Shown: in pieces, positions 26,189-34,438 of the stretch | Layout: every line of letters starts with the position of its first letter | Numbering within the stretch: position 1 is the first letter of the stretch | From: a bacterium | Lineage (GTDB): Bacteria > Armatimonadota > JACIXR01 | Length of the DNA: 55,112 nt | Assembly: GCA_049970775.1 (NCBI GenBank) | Contig: JBMFMH010000002.1 | Coordinates: 1-55,112, forward strand | Direction of reading: 5' to 3' | Notes under the pieces: model-generated | The model's database searches: none | The model's input: the letters and a program-made list of their open reading frames with translations, nothing else | What the model was told of the DNA's origin: nothing | Position numbers and translations under genes: made by a program

Positions 26189-27817
26189 TTGATGACGAGC
26201 TTCAGGGAATTCGTCCTCGTTTGTGAAAAAATAGAAAAAGAAAGTGGTAAGAAGGAAAAGGCGAGACTGATAGGGGAATTTCTTCAACAGCTCTCCCCTA
26301 TTGAAGCTAAAATCATTTCCTATCTTTTCCTCGGCCGCTTTCCGGCGGGAAAAAGAATATTTGTTTCCTGGAACACACTCATTGATGTCCTCGGCGATAT
26401 GTTCCCCATTTCACCGGAAGAGATGGCAAAGATAACTGAAAATGCGCTTGATGTAGGAGACATCGTTGAGGGGATATATAAGCGATGGGATAGATACACT
26501 TCCAAGGGGTTAAGCATTCAAGAGGTATACGAGCATCTTGAAGGATTGGCTGTTCTTGAGGGAAAAGGCGCTATGCAGAAAAGGAAAGCTGTATTGAAAA
26601 GACTTTTAGCGAGTATGGATGAGCTTGAAGCGAAATACCTCGCTAAAGTCATAGTGGGAGAAATGAGAATTGGGGTGAAAGAAGGAATGATTCTGGAGGG
26701 ATTAGCCAGCGCTGTTGGACTTCCCCTTAATGAAATAAGGAAGGGTTTTCTCCTTTTAGGTGATATAGGGGAGACGGTTCGGGCTTTTATAGAGAAAAAG
26801 GAAAAAACCTTGAAATCTACCTCCCTTACCCCTTTTAAACCTCTTCAGCCAATGCTTGCTCAGATGGCGTATTCCTTAAAGGAAGCTTTTGAGGAAATAG
26901 GGGATGAATTGGCACTTGAGTTCAAATATGATGGAGCAAGAGTGCAGATACATAAGGAAAAAGACAAGGTTATGATTTTCTCCCGCCGCCTGAACGATTT
27001 GACGCCTTCCCTCCCGGAGGTAGTGGAGGAAGTGAAAAGGGAGATAAAAGGAGATGTTATTTTGGAAGGGGAAGTAGTGGCTATAAAAGAGGGTAGGTTC
27101 CTCCCCTTTCAAGATATCCTTAGAAGGATAACGAGAAGGAAGGAAATAGAAAAGATACGGGGAGAAATCCCTTTAAAGCTCTTCCTGTTTGATTGTCTAT
27201 ATTTGGATGGTGAGTCCTTGTTGGATATCCCTTATGAGGAAAGATGGAAAAGATTAGAGGAAGTAGCGGGAGGAATTTCTCTTGCGGAAAGGATTTTACC
27301 GAGAAGCCTGGAGGAAGGAGAGCGCTTCCTACGGAAAGCCTTGGAAATGGGTGCCGAGGGAGTTATGGTTAAGGCTTTGAAAGGGATATATACCCCGGGA
27401 AGCAGGGGGAAACTCTGGCTTAAAGTGAAAAAGGCGATAACTTTGGATTTAGTGATAATAGGGGCGGAGTGGGGATATGGAAGGAGACATAACTGGCTAT
27501 CCGATTATCATCTTGCTTGTTGGGATAGAGAGCGGAAAGAGCTGCTAATGGTGGGGAAAACCTTTAAAGGATTGACCGATGAGGAATTTGAGGAGATGAC
27601 GAGGAGACTTCTATCCTTGAAAGTAAAAGAAGAGAAAGGGATAGTTTATGTCAAGCCTGAGGTTGTGGTGGAGGTAGCTTTCAGTGATGTTCAGAGGAGC
27701 TCAAAGTATAAATGCGGGTATGCCCTTCGCTTGGCGAGGATTTTGAGGATAAGGGATGATAAAAAGCCTGAGGAAGCGGACGATATCTCGGCGATTGAGA
27801 AGCTGTATCAAGCCTAA
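26189..27817 (+). CDS. lig: ATP-dependent DNA ligase, three-domain archaeal/eukaryal Lig1-like type
   Basis: Motif I is EFKYDGARVQIH (KxDG), followed by LEGEVVA, LFLFDCLYLDG, EGVMVK...LWLKVK and the C-terminal OB motif LRLARILRIRDDK. The probable start is the ATG at 26192. Confidence 0.9.
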   Translation: MMTSFREFVLVCEKIEKESGKKEKARLIGEFLQQLSPIEAKIISYLFLGRFPAGKRIFVSWNTLIDVLGDMFPISPEEMAKITENALDVGDIVEGIYKRWDRYTSKGLSIQEVYEHLEGLAVLEGKGAMQKRKAVLKRLLASMDELEAKYLAKVIVGEMRIGVKEGMILEGLASAVGLPLNEIRKGFLLLGDIGETVRAFIEKKEKTLKSTSLTPFKPLQPMLAQMAYSLKEAFEEIGDELALEFKYDGARVQIHKEKDKVMIFSRRLNDLTPSLPEVVEEVKREIKGDVILEGEVVAIKEGRFLPFQDILRRITRRKEIEKIRGEIPLKLFLFDCLYLDGESLLDIPYEERWKRLEEVAGGISLAERILPRSLEEGERFLRKALEMGAEGVMVKALKGIYTPGSRGKLWLKVKKAITLDLVIIGAEWGYGRRHNWLSDYHLACWDRERKELLMVGKTFKGLTDEEFEEMTRRLLSLKVKEEKGIVYVKPEVVVEVAFSDVQRSSKYKCGYALRLARILRIRDDKKPEEADDISAIEKLYQA

Positions 27818-27824
27818 GTGGGTC

Positions 27825-30485
27825 TTAGGGATTTTTCCCCTCCCCGAAAGCCATTATCTCTAAAACGGAAGCGTGCATATTAGTGTAGTGTTTGAAGTTA
27901 TCATCCACCATATACATCCAGCGACCATCCAAATGCCAGCCATCGTTTAACCTTGTTATCAAAAGGCGAAGAAATCTCGCTTTAACTTGTGGGAAAGAGA
28001 AGAAATATGCCCATTCTTCTGCATCCTTGACCTCTGCTACTTTCCGCCAATTTCTTCCATCCTCCGATATTTGGAATTGAAAATCCCTCGGAACAGCTGT
28101 TATCGCTGGCAGAGGAGTTAAAAGGATTATATGGCTGAGGTTATGAGTTTTAGGAAATTCCACCATTAACCACACTGGATTCGTCTCAGATGCTCCTTCG
28201 GTGCCCGCCTGCCAAAATGTTCCAATCCATTCCTCTTGACCAGGAGGAGTGGGGTAAAGAGTGAACCATTTCCCATCTATGGCATTTTCCGCTGGGTGAT
28301 GCTCCTCGCTTGATGATGCATAGGCTTTTGCTCCCTCTTCCTTACTTGCCCAATTCCTCCCTAATGTGGGGGAAATTATCTTTATTTTCTCTCCTTTTTT
28401 GACAAAGAAATAGCGAGGATAACCGTCTACATTCAGAAGATAATAACCCGCCTCATTCCTTAATCCAATTTTGTTTCCCATAAAATCCTCAGCATATTGG
28501 ATTTGTCCCGAGACCTTCAATCTGATGGGAAAATCAAGCGTCCAAATAGCCAAGACATCATCTTTCTCCCCGGAAAATCTCAGAATATATACACCGAATA
28601 TCGGCGATTCCAACGAGATTGGCTTTCTCCCTCCTATCTCCTCGTTCATTATTCTCAAAGCGATACCACCAGGCTCTATGGTGCCATTGTATCCTTCACT
28701 TGAGCCCATCTCTACCAAATACATCGCTTCAAACCCATGATGCACTACATAGTAGTAAAAATGCTTCTCAAGGGGAATTCCGCAAGCCAAGGCGTTAAGA
28801 AATTGGCGCACGACATATCTGGCAAACTTCTGCTTGCTCACATTATCCCACCAATATCCCTGCTCCGTTTGCCACAGGGGCTTGCCTGAAGCTATTTCCT
28901 GCATAAGCTTAAGATAATATGGATTTCCAAACATCTCCCAGGGTTCCCCTGGTCCGTTGTAAGTGTGAGTTGATATTGCATCTATGTAATTGATTGCATT
29001 AGCGTTCTTCATCGCTTCAAGAAAGCGGAGAGTTTGATGAACTGAAACGCAAGCTGGGGCAATGATTTGGCAATCTGGGTCAGCTCGTTTCGCGCCTTTA
29101 GCGAAAGGAATTAAGGTCTTTTGGATGTATTCTTGAGGCGAATAGGAGAAATTTGGCTCATTCTCCACTTCCCATACCTTACATTTGTCCTTATAACGAT
29201 TCACAAGCTCGTAAGCGATTTGTTCGTAATCCTCTTCACTGCACCACTTTGGACGGGAGTTCGCCTGGAAGAACCAATTTATTCCCCATTTCCTCGCTTC
29301 TTTATCCGCTGTTTCAAATATTTTATCCAACTCTTCCCAACGAGCTTTTCCTTTTTCTGGAAAATAATCCGAGATATTATGGCTTTCCCTTACACATTTG
29401 AGTCCCAAAAGGGCGGTGTAATAATAGTCGGACATATTGTATTGCTCGGAAGGAGAAACCCGCCTCGGGAAACCAGGCAAATCCTTGACGATGGCAAACC
29501 TAGCTCTAAATTGGGATGGAAGAAAGGCAAAAGATGTTTTCTCAGCTGGGCTTAGTGTAAATAAAATGCTGAACCATCCTCGCAAATTAAGATTAAAGGA
29601 AACCTCTACTTCCTTTGTCCCCAAGGCAAGCTCGGATTCAAACTCCTTCTTTCCCGTTGTTATTTTTTTATCCCAAAAATCCCTGACTTCCCATCCTATT
29701 CGCCATCTTCTTGATTGTTTCAATCTATCAGCTGTTTCTGGGGTAAATTTAATGAGGAAGCTGACAGGTTCTCCCTGATAGAAAAGATTGTGAGCTTTGT
29801 CCCCTACGGGGACAAAGGCAGGGGAGGGGATGAGCGATTTCGAGGGTTTCCCCTCTATTTGAAAGTAAACCTTCATCGCTTTATTATCCTCCAGGAGGTT
29901 TCGCTGATAAGTATAACCATAGAAACTGCCAATCTCGTCAAGGTTGAAGGGGGCACCCCAACCAGTGTGCCAAAAGATGATTTTTACGGCGTTTGAGAGA
30001 TAGAGACGAGCTCTTTGCACACGAGAGAGGCGAGGAATGGGAAGAGGGCGAATTTCCCCTTTTTCAAGATATTGGATTGCCTCTGCTCCCTTCACGGTAT
30101 TGTTTTGGAGATTTTCTACCCCGATAACATCCTGTGAAAAGTTTAGGCGCCAAGTTTGGAAACCTCCAAGATGATGGATTAGCAAGATGCGGATTTGATT
30201 ATCTTTGAACTCATAACTGACTTCCGCTCTTCCTCTTTTGCTCTGCAACATAAGGGTTAATTTATTCCCTTCCTCCGACTTGTTTTCTATTCTCCAGCTA
30301 ACGCCAGGGCAGAATTCTAAAGGGCTTTGAAGCACCTCAACACCGTAGATTTTGAGGGAAGATAGCATTCCCTCGTCGTTAATTACGACCTTATAAATGT
30401 TTTTCTCTATTTCCAGGTTAGCTTTTACGCTGGATAAAACGGCAAATATCATCAATGGGAGAAGGTAAAACCTCTTTTTTCCCAT
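27825..30485 (-). CDS. Secreted clan GH-A glycoside hydrolase with a C-terminal F5/8 type C (discoidin) domain
   Basis: The signal peptide MGKKRFYLLPLMIFAVLSSVKA starts at the ATG at 30485; the ORF-track start at 30524 is a TTG. WEVENEPN is an acid/base motif of (beta/alpha)8 clan A enzymes. The C-terminal block AENAIDGK...WLMVEFP...FQFQISEDGRNWRKV has discoidin character. Confidence 0.85.
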   Translation of the reverse strand: MGKKRFYLLPLMIFAVLSSVKANLEIEKNIYKVVINDEGMLSSLKIYGVEVLQSPLEFCPGVSWRIENKSEEGNKLTLMLQSKRGRAEVSYEFKDNQIRILLIHHLGGFQTWRLNFSQDVIGVENLQNNTVKGAEAIQYLEKGEIRPLPIPRLSRVQRARLYLSNAVKIIFWHTGWGAPFNLDEIGSFYGYTYQRNLLEDNKAMKVYFQIEGKPSKSLIPSPAFVPVGDKAHNLFYQGEPVSFLIKFTPETADRLKQSRRWRIGWEVRDFWDKKITTGKKEFESELALGTKEVEVSFNLNLRGWFSILFTLSPAEKTSFAFLPSQFRARFAIVKDLPGFPRRVSPSEQYNMSDYYYTALLGLKCVRESHNISDYFPEKGKARWEELDKIFETADKEARKWGINWFFQANSRPKWCSEEDYEQIAYELVNRYKDKCKVWEVENEPNFSYSPQEYIQKTLIPFAKGAKRADPDCQIIAPACVSVHQTLRFLEAMKNANAINYIDAISTHTYNGPGEPWEMFGNPYYLKLMQEIASGKPLWQTEQGYWWDNVSKQKFARYVVRQFLNALACGIPLEKHFYYYVVHHGFEAMYLVEMGSSEGYNGTIEPGGIALRIMNEEIGGRKPISLESPIFGVYILRFSGEKDDVLAIWTLDFPIRLKVSGQIQYAEDFMGNKIGLRNEAGYYLLNVDGYPRYFFVKKGEKIKIISPTLGRNWASKEEGAKAYASSSEEHHPAENAIDGKWFTLYPTPPGQEEWIGTFWQAGTEGASETNPVWLMVEFPKTHNLSHIILLTPLPAITAVPRDFQFQISEDGRNWRKVAEVKDAEEWAYFFSFPQVKARFLRLLITRLNDGWHLDGRWMYMVDDNFKHYTNMHASVLEIMAFGEGKNP

Positions 30486-30618
30486 ATATATATCATCACC
30501 TCTCTTTAAATTATATTGATTCAAAGAGAGGATGAAACTTTTAATAAAAAATTACTGCGGGTGAACGCGGGGCTTAATGAAAAAAAGAGGAGAGGAGGGT
30601 TGTTGTGGATTTTTTCTT

Positions 30619-30929
30619 CAGCGGAAATCAGGGTAGATGTTAGCGAGGAGAGTGTTGACGAAGTCAGAATTCGTGTTGCTTGGATTGTCCCACATATAAA
30701 CCGGATTAAGTGTTTGTGGCAACTTCAACCACTTGACATGCTCGTCGGCGAAAAACCAATTCAAGCCGTTGCTATGGACCGGGTAGGGTCTGTAGATACC
30801 GTACCAGCCGGGCCAGGTAACGGATACAGGACTTGCTGAGGGAAAGACAAAAGAGAATACCTGCCAAAATGGTTATAATCGCTATAACCACTAAAAGCTC
30901 AATAAGCGTAAGGCATTACGCAAACGCAA
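30619..30929 (-). pseudogene. Frameshifted prepilin-type (N-terminal cleavage/methylation, H-X9-D[GE]) small protein gene
   Basis: A GGAGGTG SD precedes a TTG start reading MRLRNA. The hydrophobic LTLIELLVVIAIITILAGILF helix lies in a different frame. The original frame then resumes with PSASPVSVTWPGWYGIYRPYPVHSNGLNWFFADEHVKWLK...PDFR*. Both shifts fall in T-runs (30910-30911 and 30849-30852). Confidence 0.6.
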
Positions 30930-31113
30930 TTTGAAAACACCTCCTTTCTATAGGTAGAAGATTAAAAAAGGAAAAAGTTCATTAATTTTCAGTTTGAGAA
31001 AAAACTGAACTTCTTAGGGGTGCTTCCGAACCTCTTCGGACTTATAAAAGACTTTCCAAACATTCTCAATTTCCTTATCATTACTTTGAAGACTAATCCA
31101 GGAGGTAGACGCT

Positions 31114-34100
31114 ATGGAGAAAAGGAGATTTTTCTTCATCCAACCGTTAATCATATCGTTTCTTATATTCGTCCTTGCCCCGAACATAGTAAGCGCCGCG
31201 ATTAAGAGGGAAGGGCAAAAGGTAATCGTTGGTGATGCTCGCTTTACCGTTATCTCCCCTACTTTGATAAGATTGGAGTATTCACCGGAAGGGAAGTTCG
31301 TTGATGAGCCCAGCATTCTCGTGCAGAATAGAGATTGGGGTAAGGTTGATTATCAAGTAAGTGAAGAAAAGGGATGGCTTGTTTTAAAGACGAGGATAAT
31401 GACTTTGAGGTATCTTTTAGGGAGTGGAGCTTTTAATCGGGGAAATTTGAGCATCTCCTGGCGAATTGGAAACAATGAGATGGTTTGGCATCCAGGCGAT
31501 AAGGATGAACAAAATTTAGGTGGGACTGTAGCAGCTTTGGATGGCGTTTCCAGAGATAACCTACCACCATTTCCTCCCGGTATACTAAGCCGCTCTGGCT
31601 ATTTCTTCCTTGACGATACTCCTCATCCTCTTTGGGATGCAAAAGATAAATGGTGGAAGCCTCGTCCCTCAACTTCCCAGCAGGACTGGTATTTCTTCTG
31701 CTATGGGCATAATTATCCCCTTGCTCTCAGCGAATACACCCGCCTCACAGGAAGCATACCGATGCTTCCACGCTATGCCTTCGGCGCCTGGTATTCCCGC
31801 TACTGGCCATATAGTGAGATAGAGGAAAGGGAAATAATAAACACCTTCCGCCAAAAGAAGATACCCCTTGATGTCTTGGTTATTGATGTTGATTGGCATT
31901 TATATGGTTGGGAAAGCTACGATTGGAATCCCCAGTATTTCCCTCGCCCGGAGGAATTTATAGATTGGTGCCATAAGCAGGGAATAAAGGTAACTCTCAA
32001 TACCCATCCCGGCACCCCCATCCCAGCTCAGGATAGTCATTTTAAGGATTTTTGCAAAGTGTTAGGTGTTGACCCAGAGGGGCGCCAATCCGTGGGGTAT
32101 AATCTGGCTAATAAAAGGGATGCGGAGGCTTTCGGCAATGTTCTGTTATGCTCGGTTCTCAAGCAGGGAGTGGATTTCCTCTGGATAGATGGGGCGGGAG
32201 CAAGTGCGCCTGGCATTGACCATTTCGCTTGGACGAATAAGGTTTATTACGAAACGGAACAGAACTTCACGGGCAAGAGGGCGCTTATTTTCGGCAGGCA
32301 AGGCTTAGTTGGCTCGGGAACCCATCGTTATCCCGTAGGCTTCAGCGGCGATACATTCTCCCAATGGGAGGTTTTGCGCTACGAGATTCCCTTCACCGTG
32401 AAGGGAGGAAATGTGGGGATTTACTGGTCTCACGATATAGGTGGTTTTCACGGGGATAAGCTTCCTGATGAGCTTTATGTTCGCTGGGTGCAATTCGGTG
32501 CATTCAGCCCCATCCTTCGCCTTCATAGCGACCATGGAAGGCGCCTTCCCTGGGATTATAGTCCCGAGGCGGAGGAAATCGTGAAGAAATATTTCCAAAT
32601 CCGCTACAGCCTATTCCCCTATATTTACAGCGTGTCCCGCATCGTTCACGACACTGGTGTTCCCCTTTGCCGAGGTCTATACATTCATTATCCCGAACTG
32701 AACGAGGCTTACAAGTATGAATACGAATATATGTTTGGTCCAAACATCCTTGTAGCTCCCATAGACCAACCAGCGAAAAATGGTTATGCGATTAAAGAAA
32801 TATATCTACCTCCCGGCATTTGGTATGATTTCTTCAAGAACAAAGTTTACAAGGGACCTCGCAGGCTTATCTATCGGGCGAAATTGGAGGAAATGCCCGT
32901 TTTCGCAAAAGCGGGTGCGATTATCCCGATGCAACCGGAAATGCAATATATAGGAGAGAAGCCCGTAGACCCTTTGATATTGAAAATCTATGCTGGCGCA
33001 AACGGTGAATTCAACCTATACGAGGATGACGGATTAAGCCTTGATTACCTTAAGGGCAGGTTCGCAACTACAAGGATAGTTTATCGGGAAAAGGAACAGG
33101 ATATCTTCCTCACGATAGGCGCAGCGAAGGGAGAATATGCTGGTCAATTGGCTAATCGCTCCTATGTAGTAGAGATAAACGGTGTTCCCAATCCTGTAGA
33201 GGTGAAAATAGATGGGAAGGTATTGCGGAAAGGAAATGAGTGGTTCTACGACCCCAAATTGATGAGACTTGACATTAAAACCCCACGCTATTCTATCAGG
33301 AAAGAAATAAAGGTGAGCGTGAAGGTTTCTAATAGGATTAATGAAGCTGTTGCTATAAATAGCGATTTGAGTGAACTTTCCCAAATTGTTTCTTCGCTGG
33401 GCGATTATTTCTCTTATTTGTCTCCCCTGGCACAGGTAGGTTTGACCGAACTCAATGTGACCGCTGATGTCGCGAGGGAAAAGCTGTCGTTTGGAGACTT
33501 AGCCTCTGCGAGGAAACGCTTGAAAATCGGGCGAGAGATTTACAACAAGTTTATAGAAGCTCTTTGGGAAATGCCGGAAAGCGAGGTAAAAAACAAAATA
33601 TTAAAGGAGGCACTGGGCATCAACCTTCAGCTTTCTAATGAAGATTTCAAAGTGAGATTTAACCTCTCCCTATCCGGAGATAAATCCCCGAAAATGGTCA
33701 GGGTATTTGTGGAGAAGGGAGAGGATGGATGGGAGATAGTAGGGAAGAGGGAATATGTTTTCATGGGAGGTAAAACGCCGACGGAGGGCAGTTTTGAGGC
33801 AAGATGGAAGGGGAAATTTCTGCCCTTAGGGGGGTTTATCGGTTCAGTAAATGCCCTAATAGAATTCTCGCCTGATAAAATCTTGCAAACAAGCGAAAGG
33901 TGGCTGATTGATTGTTCGTATGTTCAAGCATTTAGGCTTTTCGGCGTTTACGACAATACGAACAACCAGGGAATGGAGAAGTCTTATCCTCCTGAGGAAT
34001 GGCTTGGCAAAGGTATACCGACAAATTTAAGGGATGTAGAGGAGAAGAGAAGCCAATGGAGCATCCCACGAATTGATGAATCAACGGGTTCCGCTCCAGT

Positions 34101-34437
34101 TTATATTGACCTAACAGAGTATTTCGGAAGACGCAACAATGTCGTAGCTTATGCCTTTACTTATCTCTATTCACCAGAGGAAACGGATGCACAGATTCTT
34201 TTAGGAAGCGACGATGGTTGTGTCCTGTGGTTAAATGGGGAGAGAATTTATGCTTATCTTTCTCCAAGAGTAGCTAAACCCGATGAGGATAAAGTGCCAG
34301 TGCATCTCAAAAAGGGATGGAACGAGGTTGTCCTCAAAATCGGGCAATTGGGCGGCGATTGGGGATTTTATTTGCGTATACTCGGCAAGGATGGCAAGCC
34401 AATCTCGGGGCTTCTGGATTGGTATGAACCAATGTGA
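31114..34437 (+). CDS. GH31 alpha-glucosidase/alpha-xylosidase-type enzyme with a long C-terminal extension and galactose-binding-like jelly roll
   Basis: An AGGAGGT SD and a signal peptide are present. GH31 blocks seen: IPLDVLVIDVDWH, GVDFLWIDG (nucleophile region) and YWSHDIGGF. The C-terminus contains LLGSDDGCVLWLNGE...GWNEVVLKI. Confidence 0.9.
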   Translation: MEKRRFFFIQPLIISFLIFVLAPNIVSAAIKREGQKVIVGDARFTVISPTLIRLEYSPEGKFVDEPSILVQNRDWGKVDYQVSEEKGWLVLKTRIMTLRYLLGSGAFNRGNLSISWRIGNNEMVWHPGDKDEQNLGGTVAALDGVSRDNLPPFPPGILSRSGYFFLDDTPHPLWDAKDKWWKPRPSTSQQDWYFFCYGHNYPLALSEYTRLTGSIPMLPRYAFGAWYSRYWPYSEIEEREIINTFRQKKIPLDVLVIDVDWHLYGWESYDWNPQYFPRPEEFIDWCHKQGIKVTLNTHPGTPIPAQDSHFKDFCKVLGVDPEGRQSVGYNLANKRDAEAFGNVLLCSVLKQGVDFLWIDGAGASAPGIDHFAWTNKVYYETEQNFTGKRALIFGRQGLVGSGTHRYPVGFSGDTFSQWEVLRYEIPFTVKGGNVGIYWSHDIGGFHGDKLPDELYVRWVQFGAFSPILRLHSDHGRRLPWDYSPEAEEIVKKYFQIRYSLFPYIYSVSRIVHDTGVPLCRGLYIHYPELNEAYKYEYEYMFGPNILVAPIDQPAKNGYAIKEIYLPPGIWYDFFKNKVYKGPRRLIYRAKLEEMPVFAKAGAIIPMQPEMQYIGEKPVDPLILKIYAGANGEFNLYEDDGLSLDYLKGRFATTRIVYREKEQDIFLTIGAAKGEYAGQLANRSYVVEINGVPNPVEVKIDGKVLRKGNEWFYDPKLMRLDIKTPRYSIRKEIKVSVKVSNRINEAVAINSDLSELSQIVSSLGDYFSYLSPLAQVGLTELNVTADVAREKLSFGDLASARKRLKIGREIYNKFIEALWEMPESEVKNKILKEALGINLQLSNEDFKVRFNLSLSGDKSPKMVRVFVEKGEDGWEIVGKREYVFMGGKTPTEGSFEARWKGKFLPLGGFIGSVNALIEFSPDKILQTSERWLIDCSYVQAFRLFGVYDNTNNQGMEKSYPPEEWLGKGIPTNLRDVEEKRSQWSIPRIDESTGSAPVYIDLTEYFGRRNNVVAYAFTYLYSPEETDAQILLGSDDGCVLWLNGERIYAYLSPRVAKPDEDKVPVHLKKGWNEVVLKIGQLGGDWGFYLRILGKDGKPISGLLDWYEPM

Positions 34438-34438
34438 A

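Noticed and set aside
30516-30839. 107-aa plus-strand ORF in the GH / GH31 intergenic region
   Set aside because: The opposite strand carries a recognisable, though frameshifted, prepilin-type gene with an SD. The plus-strand ORF has no start context or family resemblance.
30990-31040. Two short hairpins (TTCAGTTT-GAGAAA-AAACTGAA and TCCGAA-CCTC-TTCGGA) upstream of the GH31 gene, considered as terminators or a riboswitch
   Set aside because: The stems are short, there are no T-tracts, and there is no resemblance to a known riboswitch class. They could be incidental.
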